A stretch of 64,000 nucleotides of DNA from Podarcis vaucheri (Eukaryota), in assembly GCA_965113315.1 (NCBI GenBank), contig OZ220368.1. One strand, given 5' to 3'. The notes beneath the pieces were generated by a model, which saw only the letters and a list, made by a program, of their open reading frames with translations, searched no databases and was not told the DNA's origin. Made by a program: the position numbers and the translations under genes. The number at the start of each line of letters is the position of its first letter. Within the stretch, counting starts at the first letter, position 1. Positions 25,301-40,300 of this stretch are shown here, in pieces.

Positions 25301-28300
25301 CTTGAGACACAAGAATTTCAAGACATTCTGTCTCCACATGTGCATAGTTTACAAAGCCATGTACTATTTTACACTATTTTACAGAGGACCCACTCACCTC
25401 TCCCCAAAAAGCCACACCGAAAGGAAACAAACTATCTAGTTTAAAGACGATCGTAGATACAAGAACACACACAGCTACAAAATAAACTAATACATTTGGG
25501 TTATATGGTACTTCAAAAGGCGAAAATGTAAAATTCAGGATGCATGACATTCCAGAATAATTTCTCAGGGAACACATTGGCTGCAAAATAACTTTTTTAT
25601 TGGGTTCATATCAAAATCTGACATATTCAAGAAGGATGTTGTTGTGAGTTTTAGGGCTGGACTTCCAACTTAATTCTACAAAATGGTCCACGCATGATTG
25701 GATTGGCAAAAGTTTATTTAACAAGTTAAAAGTAGCCCTTGGGCATATTCAGATTTAACAATATGAAACCCATTGACCTAAACATATCACTTGCAAAAAT
25801 ACCAAATTTAGACTTTTCCATTTGAAGGGCCTGGGTGTCTTTTATACAGTGTTCCATCTGTTCCACCCTAAGAATTATGTCTGCTCTCCATTAGACACAG
25901 CAAAAACACTGCAAAGTATGCTGCAGAATGGATTTCAAGTACCGTATTTTTCGGTCTATAACACGCACCCAACCATAACACGCACGTAGTTTTTAGAGGA
26001 GGAAAATCCATAGGCATGCCACCCATAGGCATTCCCTCCATAACACGCACAGACATTTCCCCTTACTTTCTAGGAGGAAAAAAGTGAGTGTTATGGTGCA
26101 AAAAATACGGTAAATTACTATCATAATGGCAATTCCCTCAGTACTCACACAGCTAATATTAAGCCATTTTGCAATATTTGCCTCTTAATGCCCTCATCTG
26201 TAGAGTTGTACAGTGTTTCACTAAGGCTGTGATCCTAAACACAGCTACTTGACAATAAATTCCATCAAGATTTGCTTCTGACAGGTGTGCTTGGTACCAG
26301 TGACAAATCTGGTATAAGGTATTTGATTTCCAGTGACGAGCTGCCCTTTGCTAAGCCTATTACAAGTTAAGATAACATAATGTGCAAGTACTGAGAGAGA
26401 GACTATTAAGAAGGTCACATTTCACATGGATAATTTGCTCATATTCAAGGGAAATGATAGCCTTCATTCTGATGGGACTGATTTCAGGGAATCCAAATGC
26501 TTGCTTGAGCTTGGAACAAACCCATGTACCTTTTAACTCCATGCCACCTTGCAGGCACTTTACTATTTTTTGCTGCAATGGCTTGGTACCCCTTTAATCA
26601 GATGCAGATTATTCAAAGATTTGGCTCTGCCTGCAAGTCAGACAAACAGGGTGCACCCTAAGCATTCTTGATTCCATTCATCTTTCAGTGAAGTGGATTG
26701 TTAGGCAACTGGTACAGAGGCTGGGAGACTTAATAGAACATTAGAATGCAAAGGTCCTCTTTATAATACAATGTGTTCCTTGTAGCAACCACCCACAGAG
26801 ATGGATACAAGGTGGCAAGTGCTTAAAAGGTGTGCTGGTTTGTTGTGTGGTCTAAACAAGCTAGTGTTATATTGAATGTACACTGAGTTTCTCTTTCTAT
26901 GTTCTTCTATCCACCATGGCAGAAGAGAGGCAGAAACATTCATTTGAGCCTTGCCCATGAAACACCCAATACAAGTATGGTACATCTGTACTAGAGAACA
27001 ACAATTCATTAATCAAAAATGATTTCTAAAAACTATTTTGGAAGGCACACACAAAATTGGGTTTAGATTTAAATAAATGTTTCTATGGCAATAGCTACTC
27101 TCTCAAAATAGAATTTTATTGCTCACTATGAAACACAGGAATGATTGCAGCTTTCTAAATTTAGACAGGGGACCAAGATAATCAATTCCATTTTAGAATA
27201 ATCCATATTTTTTCAGTGATGAAAAGATCTCTGCTTGTTCAGCCTTTGAATGCCTGAGCCTCTACTGAGAATACTGGCTGAAAAGTCTTTAAATATATTT
27301 TAAATTCATTAATTATCTGCAATATGCAGCACCTTAAAAAAAAAAAAGTCTGTTCCCTAAAGCACATAAATGAGATTCAGGACTGGTGACGTTTGCCTTT
27401 GTACAGGGCAAAGCTGCAAAAATTGTTTGCTTCTGTTGCTACAACATCAAAGGAGGAATAGTAATCAGTATGCAGCCCAAGACACCTCTATTCCCAATTA
27501 GTGATGACAGCAGTTCTAGAAATTGTGATGACAGCACAGAGCATAAGTAACAAGATTCTGTGAGAAGCAAAGAAACTGGGAATGTATAGATGAAATACTG
27601 GGTTGGATTCCAAAATCCAGTCGGTGGAGTTGTTCTGATGTAAAAGGCACCACTGGTGTCTGTAATGCAAATGGAAAGGAGGCATTGTACTGACAATTCA
27701 CCCCCTCCATTACAGCACCCCCATCACCTCTTACGCTGTGCTGGAGGGTCCACCAACGTTTCAAAGCAGATGGGTGTGTGTTCAAGGGGTAGTGTTGATA
27801 AAATCAGTGAGAAATAGCACCTAGCACCTTCCATTAGTTGATCCTCCACTGGATCAAAGACCAGTCATGGAAGGAGTCCTGTGACTGAAAGGGCAGCTTT
27901 GGATCCATTCTGCTATATAACCTTATACTTCCCCCACTGCAGCCTACCATCTCATAATTTCCAAATGAATGAGAAGATTCAACAATCCCAAGCAGCAGCT
28001 GCTACTAAGAATACAAGTCAGTTTCTTTAAATCAATTTTTCCCCATTTTGCTACGCTAACTAATGTTGGATAATGGCTACGTTTCACCTTAAGGCAATTA
28101 GCAACATCTCCTTATTTTTGGAACAGAAGATCAATAAATCCTAATACTTATAAAAGTTTCTCTTCTTCTATCTTTACAGGCAACATATTTTATTTTCCTC
28201 TGGGAGCTCCCACAATAATTTCATCAGCCTACAAAAGGACCTGACCTACATTCTGCCTCTCCCGTTGCTAGGGCCTATATCAGGTTTCTTAACAGCTAAC

Positions 28301-31300
28301 TCTTATTTCGGCTACCTTGATTTCTTTTTCTGGAATATCTATTTGTCATTGTTTAAAAAAAGAGAAACAAGCCAGCACTTTTGAATTATTCCCAAGGAAG
28401 TTGGCCGCAAGCAAAGGAATATTCATAGTAAATCTTTGTTTCTATTATCAACACACCTATTTTCATTACTTTGGAAGAAATGCCATATCAGTATTATTTG
28501 GGGATGGAGGTTATACCTTGGAGTAGATGGTGGGCGGTGCAAGTGTAATTTTTGTATGAAGAGGGATGCATGTAAGGAAAATCAGTGTGGTGTAGTATTT
28601 AACAAGTGGGACTAGGAGTGAGGAGACCCAGATTCAAATCCTCTCTCAACCATGAAGTTCACTGGGTGCCTTTCGGACCAGCTGTTCTCCATAACATTCC
28701 TTGGTGGTTGGTCAGGCTGGGAAAACAACAGAGTAGGAGATGGGGAGAAGAAGAAAAGGCTGCATACTACATCTTGAGCGCTTTAGAGTAAGGGCAGCAT
28801 AAAAATGTAATTAAGTAAAATACTGTCCACCTACAGTAAAATGGGCTGGAAAAGAAGAAAGGAAAGAACTGGGAGCTCGCTTAAGAGTGTGCTCTTGATT
28901 CTTTCATTTTAAGTTGGGTAACCTGATATCATGGTGATGTCATGCGACTGACAGGTGGATGGTGCCACCCACTTGTCAAAATAGCCACAGGGGTGGGGGA
29001 GCTCTTCTGGCTCACTGGCCAAATCCTGTTCCCCACTGCTGATCTAGCTCTTCCTCCATCAGTGCTAACACACACACACCAATGTGATCTTTTAATGCAT
29101 AATAGCAGTGAGCTGGTTCTGTCCCAACCATGAGTCACTCTAAACACAGGATGAAAGAAGCTTCACTTGGATGCCCGGAAAGGAAAAGAAAAGCTGCTGG
29201 AGGGAGCTGAGGTTTTGAGCAGTTACTTACAGGATATCATAATTTGCTCGATGAACTCTACTCAGCTGATTTCAATGTCCTCTGCAGCAGGTATCTTCAA
29301 CCTTTTTAGACTCATGGTCCACTTTTAACCCAAACATACATGCAACTGACACTCAGCTTTCTCAAATTCAGGTGCAGCTGCTGGTGTCCTAAACCAGTGC
29401 CTGGGCATGGTAATGGACTGTATGAAGGCAAATGAACTGAAACTCAATCCAGACACAATTGAGATAATGTTGGTGGGTGATTCATCACCTGAGTGAACGG
29501 CTTTCAGACCTATTCTGAAGGGGGCTGTACTACGCGCTAAAGAATATCAGAGACACAGTTTATAGGTGTTTATTCATCCAGCATTGCCATTACAGTCCTG
29601 AGTGGCCTCTGTTGCCTGGAGTATCTTTTATCGGCTATTACCATATGTAAATTGAGATAACGTAGCTACAATTAACCATGCACTGACAACCCATCTATAT
29701 TGCAGTGAGTTGTACAAATGGCTGCTTCTGTTTTTTACAAGGGGCTGCTTTTAAAATAATTTGGAAACTGCACTTAATCCAAAATAGGCCTGTATCATTA
29801 TTAACTGGACAATTAGCTCATATTATGCTAGTGCTTCATTAGCAGCACCAATTGCCAAGCCTGTCTCCAGACACAGTTAAAAGTGTCGGGCAACTGAAAC
29901 CTCAAGATCTGCTCCAGGTGGCTGTCAAGGAGTGGGCCTTCTTAGTGCTAGGATTCCTGTTCTATAACACTCTTCCCACAGAAGCTCATCTGGCACCTTC
30001 TTTAAGTGCATGCAGGTGAAGACTTTTCTCCCAGGGTTTAAAATCCAATTTTAAAGTATTTAACTAAAAATATACAGCACATAAACAGTGGTTAACTGTT
30101 TCTATTATCCTCTCTGTTGGAAAATGTTTATGCTGCAGACTGTTGATTCTAATACTTTGTGTTTATAGTATTTTATCATTTGCATTGTGAGCTTAGGAAA
30201 GAAAAAAAGTGTTATTGGGTAATGTTATATAATCACAGGAATAAATGCTCTCTGAATAAACACTCTGAACAAACATTGCATAGTGTGGAAACATTATAGA
30301 CCACAGCTGAAAAATCATGCCACCAGCATATTAAGATAGCAAGTGAACAATTTTGGCAGAAGAGAGCAGATAAAATTCTTAAATCATGTGCCATTAACCT
30401 TCAGGGGCTTGCTTTTTCATTCTGGACTACGTGTTTAAACTCTGCTCAGTAAGGAACCCAAAGAATGACCACGCTAGGACAATTTTCTCCTTGGGAAGGA
30501 GTGTCACAATTAATAAGAAACTATTTAGACATTCAAGCTACCAAGCCATCACCTGGAACACAGTTATTCAAAGAGCAAACACTAAATTTTATTTTTCTAA
30601 TATTGGAAGCCCTTTTGCATCCACCCTATTAATTTAGAGCAGGTTTACAATCTGCAAGCTGCTCTGAAGACTGTGGTTCTCACTTGGAATCCTAGTTTAA
30701 GTTAGCATTTCACTCGAAACAGCAGTAGCGGACATTGCAAATACCAGAGATGCTGACTCAGCATTGCCTTTGTTAAATTAAATGCAAAGTTTCCCTTGCT
30801 TGCCACAGTTTGAGTGATCACCCATTATATGCCCTGTACAGAACCAAGGAGTGTAATTGTATCCGATGTGGCTTTTGCTCATGAAAAACTATCAAGGGTG
30901 AAGAATTTTGCATCAAGGCCAGAGCTTCCTTTCCCTAATCTCCAGAAAGGAAAACTACAGACAGATGGGTCCAGTCAACAGCAGGAAAGCACGAGTCAGT
31001 TTCTAGGAAACCACATTAAATTTAATTAGCCATTGCTTCCCTATAATTGGGGAGAAAGTAGAGAAGTTTTAGATCCCTGCATTCCATATACTCTCAGTTG
31101 ATAGATATTACAATTTAGAGAGATCAGCAAGGGAACATTTTCCTCTGCAAGAAAAAAAATACTGACTTTGCATTCTTTAAGAAATCAGCATTAACAGTTT
31201 TCATTGGGAGTTATGATGAAATTTCCTTTTGTAAGTTTGGATCATACTTTGCTACGATTTTGATCTTTATTGTGGTGCTCATGTTTTGGTGGAGAGGTGC

Positions 31301-34300
31301 AGAATTTGTTATTTTTAAAGTAGTGCTGGATGAGCTGTTTTCGGAACTTTATTATTCTCTTGGTTATTTTTTTCTGATTTTAGCTTTTTTCATTTTATGT
31401 AATTGCTGATTTGCTTTAAGGCATCTTTTTGTATAAAGCAACTAATACAATAAATAATAATTATCCTTGCTTCAGACATGCAGAAAGAAACCTTCTAATA
31501 CTATAGAATGTTTTGAAACAGTCATAGACCAGCATTGTTTTGCAGTAAATCTCCCTTTCTCCCTGTCTCTCTGTTTTTTAACTACAGGCCTCAACAATGT
31601 TAAGAGCATCATTAGTTCCTGTGTAAGTAATTTTCTTTTAAATTTGTTATTCTTTTTTTAAAAAAGCATAATTTGGGCAGTAACCTGAAATGCACTGAGA
31701 AGTCAAAGCTGAAATGGAGACTCCTTTCATTCATCTGACCCTCTTGGAAGTGAGCAGGGCTGTCTTAAGCATATGCAGTGCCAGGGTGCAAAGATCCGCC
31801 CACTGCCCCCCCCAGTTGCCCACTCCCAGGCGTGCAGGAGGTTGGAGCTGGCCAGCCGCCCCCGAACTTGCGGTGCAGAGCCTGTTGCAGCGCTCTGACC
31901 AACGAACGGGCTCTTCCCCGGACTCAACTCTCAGGCCCCAGACTCTCGGCCTGGCGCCCCTGAGAACCTGGCGCCTGAGTGCCCCATACCTATTGGTAAG
32001 ACGGCCCTGGAAGTGAGTGTACTCCACAAACTTGACATGAGCCAACAGTGTGACGCAGCAGCCAAAAAAGCCAATGCAATTCTGGGCCGCATCAATAGGA
32101 GTATAGCATCTAGATCAAGGGAAGTAATAGTGCCACTGTATTCTGCTCTGGACGCGGGTGGCGCTGTGGGCTAAAGCCTCAACGCCTAGGGCTTGCCGAT
32201 CGAAAGGTCGGCGGTTCGAATCCCCACGGCGGGGTGCGCTCCCGCTGTTCGGTCCCAGCGCCTGCCCACCTAGCAGTTCGAAAGCACCCCCGGGTGCAAG
32301 TAGATAAATAGGTACCGCTTACCAGCGGGAAGGTAAACGGCGTTCCGTGTGCGGCTCTGGCTCGCCAGAGCAGCGATGTCATGCTGGCCACGTGACCCGG
32401 AAGTGTCCCCGGACAGCGCTGGCCCCCGGCCAATAAATGTGAGATGGGCGCACAAACCCCACAGTCTGTCAAGAATGGCCCGTTCGGGCAGGGGTACCTT
32501 TACCTTTACCTTTTATTCTGCTCTGGTCAGACCTCACCTGGAGTACTGTGTCCAGTTCTGGGCACCACAATTCAAGAAGGACACTGACAAACTGGAACGT
32601 GTCCAAAGGAGGGCAACCAAAATGGTCAAAGGTCTGGAAACGATGCCTTATGAGGAACGGCTAAGGGAGCTGGGCATGTTTAGCCTGGAGAAGAGGAGGT
32701 TAAGGGGTGATATGATAGCCATGTTCAAATATATAAAAGGATGTCACATAGAGGAGGGAGAAAGGTTGTTTTCTGCTGCTCCAGAGAAGCGGACACGGAG
32801 CAATGGGTCCAAACTATAAGAAAGAAGATTCCACCTAAACATTAGGAAGAACTTCCTGACAGTAAGAGCTGTTTGACAGTGGAATTTGCTGCCAAGGAGT
32901 GTGGTGGAGTCTCCTACTTTGGAGGTCTTTAAGCAGAGGCTTGACAACCATATGTCAGGAGTACTCTGATGGTGTTTCCTGCTTGGCAGGGGGTTGGACT
33001 CGATGGCCCTTGTGGTCTCTTCCAACTCTATGATTCTATGATTCTATGAAATGCAGCAAATGTTCAGCCCCCTACTCCATTCCCAATGACACAAAGATAC
33101 TGAAAGCTTGAGTTGAGCAGTCTCCAGCAAAAATTTACTATGTGAGCCAGACATGTTAGAAATGTGCAATTTAAAGCAACACATATCTGGGTAGGAAATA
33201 TGAATGTCAGATTCTGATTGCAGAGACACATTTTTCCACTACCCAGCATTATTCTAAGCATTCTACACTGGACAACAGAACATGAAAGGGAGGTATTTTC
33301 TTGAGTGTTTTATTTGTGCCCCAGGAAAAGTTTTCATATATTTTTTAAATAACAAGGTTTAATGTACAATCCAAGTTTCAACTAACAAAAGACAAGCATC
33401 AGATAAAAGCCTTTCCCAAGCATACCTAAGACTATGACTATATCCCAAATGGCAACAAGCCAAATCTTTTTACAGCCCAATTTCTCCTTTACATGAGACT
33501 ACTACAAAACGTTTCCCTAGATTCAAAACATTAAGACTCTCTGCTTCAAAGTTTCAGACAGGAGAATCTTACAGACGTTCTGCCAAGTAATTAGAAATGC
33601 TTTACATATGTGTCTATGGAAGATGCTCAAACATGTTTAGTGCACTTCCAGTCAAAGCAACAAACTCATTTGCACAATGCACAAGCCTGAGCTACAGCTG
33701 TTTTTGAAGATATAACACTAAACAGCAAAAGGCTGGCAGTAAGCAAACGCTAACAAATGTTTCTACTGCCTCAGTCAATTTAGGGGATCCAGCTAAGTAG
33801 GAAATTAGACTGAAAGGTCATTTCCTCAATGTGACATTCCTGAGACTATTATGTGTCTACTTTTTTCATTCCAATGGTCGAGTCAGATCCTCCCCCCTTC
33901 CTTTTCTGGTAATGGGCTTTCATCCTGCCAGTATGAATTTGGAGTCTGTTCCTTGAGTTACTAATTTTTTAGACTTTCATAAAGAGCAAGTAGCTTCTAA
34001 GAAGTTTTGCCACCACCGCCATTTAACCTTCAACATAAAAGGAGCTTTTAAATCCAGAGTGAATCAAGCAATACCACTGCCTCAAACATTCTCAAACATT
34101 AAGTCAGAAAGGCTAAACTAGTGCCTACAGTTATTTACAAATCTTGTTTGCAGAGGCATATACATAGCAAAAAAGAACAAAGCATTGTAGTTAACTTCAG
34201 AATGAACAAAGAACTTGCTGCAAACCATTTTGAAAGCCAAAACGACCTGTTTCTTCACGTGTAAACGTTACAATTTCTGAGAGTAGCTCCCTCTTTTCTC

Positions 34301-37300
34301 ATTTAGTTAAGAAAACTTAGACAAAACAGGTTTATTTTCAATATTCATATAATCACAGAATTGTAGTATTGCAAGGGACCCAAAGGGAGCTCAACAGCTT
34401 TCAGAATGCTAGTCTGGTGATTTATTTATCCTCCACCACTGCAGCTTTCCTTTTGGAACTATAAACTATCAAGACATCTTTCTAAATGTCTGTGCATTTC
34501 CACACAAAGCTATCAAACCTTGCTCTTGTACTCCAAAATAAAACACAAAAGAAGGTTTTTTCTTAACCTGAACATACAGGCACACAACACAAAGCAAAAC
34601 AAAAAGAGGCAATGTATAGGATAGGTCTGCCTCAAGACTCAGCTTGATACATGGATAGTTAAGAAACTCTGAAGATAGCACCACAAATCTGTAGCTATTG
34701 AAAATGTAGGCTCACCTAAACTTGGAACTTACCAGTGTCACTCGGGATGAGAAACTAGCAAGAAAGCAACAGAAAACCTCAGCCCTATAAACAGCTACAT
34801 TGCTATCTCCAAGGAGACCATCAGCAACATAATAATGAGACTACAGTGACCAACAGCTGTGATGTATCCTTTATTTTCTTTCTAAAAAGAAGAAGAAGAA
34901 AGGAGATGGCTATTTGCTTCTTGCCAGTGACTTCCCTTCCTCTTCCCACCCCATGCACACTGAAAATTATCTTCCAGTCACCTAGCTACAGAAATAAATG
35001 TAGACACCACCACCCCAAAATCAGAAATAGGAATTGTACTTCATCCAGCACCTTCCACAAAGAAAAGTACATGAATGTTTCTTTTGAAACAAGTTATCAC
35101 ACTTAGCTATACATAGGAGCAGAGTGGTTCATTTCCAAAATGGCTTTACTTAATATCATATCAACCATTTTAAAGATTTGTTGCCAAATGCTTTTTCAGC
35201 CAGGCAACAGCATATCACAAGGGTTTGCAAGCCGTGGCTTTTATGCCAAGAGCTGTTCCTCCAAGACAATACCTTCCTTCCACCCATTTAAGTGCCGTCT
35301 TATGTTCTGTGTGACACAACACTATCTAAATGTGGCTTTACTAACCTGGTGCCTGCCATATGCTTTGAACTACAACTCTTACAGCACAGCTGAGGCTGAT
35401 AAGAGTTGTAGTCCAAAACACATGGAAGGCACCGGGTTGGCAAAGACTGATCTGAATGCTAACAGATGTTTCTTGGCATTAAGATACAACCTGTTGTGCA
35501 GGAATCAAACTCTGAGCCTGGTTATACCATGGCACAGTAGTCAGAGCCCAAACATTCCGTTTCTGGCACAATTCATAGATCACTTGAAGATTCTATTAAT
35601 AGTTTAGACAAGAATGTTATGCTTGCAGAAAACCAACATCCCAAATAACTTGACTTTTAAACATTCAGTACAAAAAGCTCCTGGGAGATACCAACTGCTT
35701 CCATACAGGAATCTCTCCCTCTGTTTATGGATATAATGGGGGTGGGGGTGGTTAGAGGCACTAAAATATTGCCAGTTTTCACAACTGTTAAGAATGGCAC
35801 TTATTAAATGCAAATGAGAGATACTTTTTATGGATACACCCTTAAATACTGTATACAAATCTAAACAGTTACTGACTGGATCATTCCTTTTTCCAAAATA
35901 CTACTTTTCAGTACATGTGTACTTAATAAATATAAAGAAGTGAACAGGAGATGGGTGAAGTAGAGAGACACATCTTGTTAACTAAAACTTGTATCTCCAG
36001 GAGAGTTTGAAAGATGCATTAGGAAAAACATCAAATTTGTTTTCTTGGGCATGTGCCTGCAGATTACAGACATGCACTTTGAACAGTTTTCTAGACTCTT
36101 CCCTGTAGTCACCTAAAGAATTAAACACAGAGGAATGTAACATGATAAAGTCACTAAGCAGCTTGTGAAAAGCGACTGAAAGACAAAATACTGCCAAGCA
36201 TACTTTTGGAAACACAGGATATTTGGAATTCAAAAGACAAGAGGAAATATGTTGTTTTAGGGCTGGTGGAATGAGCACCATTTCACTTGGGCTTTCCAAT
36301 TCTTGCGGGTTTCAGAATGACATAAAACTGCTGAAATCCCTTGAAGTGTCTTTGTTCCCAGCTACAACTATATGCTATCTCTTGGCCAACCAAATGGTTG
36401 GTACATTCCAAGAAATACAAACTGGGTTCCAGATGGCTGTTGCTTAGCAGCAGCCCACATGCTTAGTTGCTCAGGGAACAGGTTCCTTGCATTCTCATTA
36501 GACAGCTGCCTACTGAAACTGCTACGTAGTCCTGTCTGGGAAGATTTCTCATACTCAGCTACAAGCTGAGACAAGGATTTCAGTTAGAGCTACAGAATAT
36601 GAATACAGCAAGTTAAAAAAAGGGCTCCAAAGCAATCATCTGACCTCAAAATGGTTTTAAAGCTTGGACATGCATCTTATTTCATCTTACAAAGCAAAAT
36701 GGAACAACGTTGCCACCAACATCTATTAAACACTCCAGACTGGAGAGTGTGTGATACAATTTGCCTGTAACAACGCATTATTCATCCAAACAAAAAACCA
36801 AAATAGCAACATGTTTGCCTGGAGCTATAAGCACTGATGATCAAAATGTTTTCAAAATATGGGAGCATCACCATGAGGAGACTAGGAAGACAAAGCACTC
36901 CTAGGATTATTTGGCATCAATATTTGCTAGCTTGCATCATATATGATATTTACAATTTTCAGTGCAACATAACTGTGAAATGTTTGATATCCAATGAAGG
37001 ACAACAGTGTTGAAAACAACTTTTTTTTCATTCCAGACTGATCCTCTAATGCATGCAGATGCAGGATGAAAGATAGACAACAGGACTTTGACTAGAGCCT
37101 CCTTCATAGAGGTGGTAACATAAATGCTTTCTGAGCACAAAAGGGCAACAGCATAGAGTACTGGACACAGTTCACAGACAACTTAAACACCAGACAGGAC
37201 TGATTCAGTGTATTACTCACCCATAGTATTACTTGGTTAAATCAAAAACCCTAGAATTCCTTTTATTTTCTGTCATACATATGAGATATAGGGTTAATAC

Positions 37301-40300
37301 CTTTAAAATTATCTTAACAATGATTTCCATAATGGGTCTTTAAACCAAGTTACTCAGTATTTGTTCAAAAACCTTTATTTGCATAAAATACCCTCAGTTC
37401 ATCAACAGCAGCATCTGAGTTTTTCGCATTGGTGTCCAATTAAGCACCCCATACTTAGAATTACGTGTCAAGTTTCCATGTCCCATTACACTACTGAGGA
37501 TAACACAACTGGATACTAGGAAACCAGGCTTACAGATTTAAGACGCACAGCGAGGAGAAAGGAAAACACTGCAATTTGATCTTGGATGCCTTCATGCAGT
37601 TTCCTTACCAACTAAAGTTTTCATGAAAGTTAACTTTAGGCGACAACGCTACCCACAGTTACATGGGAGTAAGCCTCATTGAATTTAAATAGGAGTTACC
37701 TCCAGGTATATAATGCATTAGATTGTAGATGTAATCAATAAGAAGAACTCCAAAAGTGCTTTGTAGTCTTCTGCTTTTAGAGCAAATATTGAAAAATTTA
37801 TATTGCTGCTTGGTGCATTCAGTGGGTTTCTGTCCAGCCTTCAGTACAAACATTGTTCCCTTTCTCCAACAACCTAGTGTATGCCCACTGCATGTTTGGA
37901 GGTGCATGTCTCCCCTCTACATTTTACATACTGACCACAGCAAATGCTGGTGGACACACAATGTCCATTACAGAAGCGTAAAACTAATGGAAACAAGTTA
38001 TTTGGAACTACACTGGATACAACCCAAAGTTTCCAAATATAGAAAAAGTGCAGAGATAGTCTATGCCTAGCCTGAAAATGATAGTATTATTTCTAATGGA
38101 CAGTGCTTACGACTAAGCGCCAGTCAAGTGCCCAATGGATTGAGAGCCTGAAATTGCAGAAAGAGGTATGTCTTACCTTTTAAGCATCAAGCAATAGGAA
38201 AAAACTGTACACTTACTTGCGATGCAACTAATCCTACCATCACACTGAATGACATCCAGCAGATTTTCAAAATATATTCAACTGGAAGTAATACTTATGA
38301 GAGTTCTTCATGCAAGAGAAACACATCAAAGAGCTTTGCCAGAAAAATAGCATTGCAAGGTCCTTGAGAATGAAAATGAAACCCATTTGTCCACTAATGT
38401 TACATAGCATTTGTTCATTTTGAGAATGCAAACAAATTAAAAATACAATCTCATCCAAGGGAAGACAAGTTAGAATTGAAGAGTCTTGAGCTATGGATTC
38501 TTTCATAGTGTGGGAAGGCAGAGGTAGGCATGATTCATGTAAAGGGCTTTTTAATCAGTTCCCACTCTGGATGGTTTTTAGAAACAGCATTCTTTTAAAA
38601 ATAAAAAGAATAAGCAGGAGTTTCTTCATGTTATTATTAGGGAAGCCCATCAAAAGCGATTTCCTTTTGTTTGGGGCTTGCTTCCTGACTCACCTCTGAT
38701 CCTTGTTTGTGAGAAGTGCTAAGAGGTTGGGAACCCCAGATTAGATCAAGACCACATGGTGCAGGCTTTTAAAAAACCCTTCTCTCCTGTGCCATTTTCC
38801 TTATCTAACTTGTTCTCCCTCTTGAAGCAAAGGCACATGTTCCTCGCCCCACCCCAGGCAAATGCTAGCATGGGAGCAGCAACTTATATTGTGAAAATAC
38901 AAGATAGATTGATTTAAAACCTTGCCAGTACTACAGCCTCAATCGAATGGGAATGGGGGCTTCCCCATGGCTGCATTTTAACTCAAAACCACAGGAGAAG
39001 TTGTTGATAAATGGCAACTATACTATCTCTTAATTTTCCTAGTATGCGGATACTGTTTGTTATTGTAACTTCTTTTTTTCTATTTATAATTTGTGTTTAG
39101 AAAATTCAATAAATGTGTTTGTGGAGGGAAGCACAGAGGAAATCTGATCATGGATCTCCCACTGCCTTGTGTAGTTTGGTCTTCACAACGCCTTTTCTTC
39201 TTATTAAAAATGATATGAACCAATATTATTTAATAATCTTTTGAACATATGCCCATGTCACACAATTTGGAATGCGGAGATTTCCATGTTAGACTGGAAT
39301 AACAAGAATGTAAAGTGATGACAGCATCAAAGTAAAATTGCTCTAAGCTCCTATGTATGCATGCGCCCCAACTATGCTAGAATGTTTTTGAAGTTGGTTC
39401 CCAGCCAAAATGTGCCAAATTCAAGTTCAAACTAGCTGAGAGGGGAAAAACAGAGTGGTGTGATGTATGCATCACTTTGCTAAGGCACAATACCTGTTAT
39501 TCTTAAGGAGGAGGTAAAGTAACACCCTGGACCCAGGGTATTTGACAGCTACTGTCTAGTTGCCGATACACCCTTTTGGGAGATAGTGACTGAGAGGGTA
39601 GTGACAACCCAACCCAAGCACTTGGAAGAAACCAATTATCTGGACTCATTTCACTCTGAGTTCACACCTGGTTTTGGAAGTGAATCAGCATTGGTTACCC
39701 TGACAGGGACATGGTAGTGCAACCCTGGCATTTTGCTTGAGCTCTCAGTAGCTTTTGATAACGTAGTCACTGTATCATGCTAGACTTGCTCAGAGGGTTG
39801 GAAGTAGGAAACACTGTGTTACAGTGGTTCTGCTCCTACTTTTAGGGTTGGTATCAGAGTAGCACTGGATGCTTGTACCTTGGCGGCTCAGCTATGGAGT
39901 AAAACAGAGTCCCATATCATCTTCAGTGCTGTTCAGCGTCCATATGAAACTGCTAGAAGCCGTCATTAGAGGATCTGAAGCACAACAACATCATTATAGT
40001 GATAATACTCAGCTTGATTTCTCCATCTGAATCAGGCATGGCCATACAAGTTCTGGATCGGTGTCTGGATGTGGATTGGTGTTTGGGCACAGCAATGGGC
40101 TAGATAAGGGTCAATAACCTGACGTTGAATGCTGGCAAGGGTTCTGAAGGAGTAGGTATGTAGTCTGGGGGTGCTCCAGGAACTATTTTTGACTTGGAAA
40201 GCCCAAGTGGCTGTAGTGGATAAAAGCATCTTTTACCAGCTTAGTGAACTATGCATACACAACCTCAAGACTTGATTCCAATTTGCTAATGGGCCAGGTT

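Noticed and set aside
29225-29240. ATG ATA TCC T|GTAAGT on the - strand, a phase-1 mini first exon (MISC) compatible with exon 20539
   Set aside because: No promoter-like context or acceptor, and weak exonic donor bases. Such matches are expected by chance in 40 kb.
32349-32819. 156-aa ORF as a functional reverse transcriptase or chimeric gene
   Set aside because: A fortuitous SINE-CR1 fusion frame. The CR1 is 5'-truncated and has premature stops.
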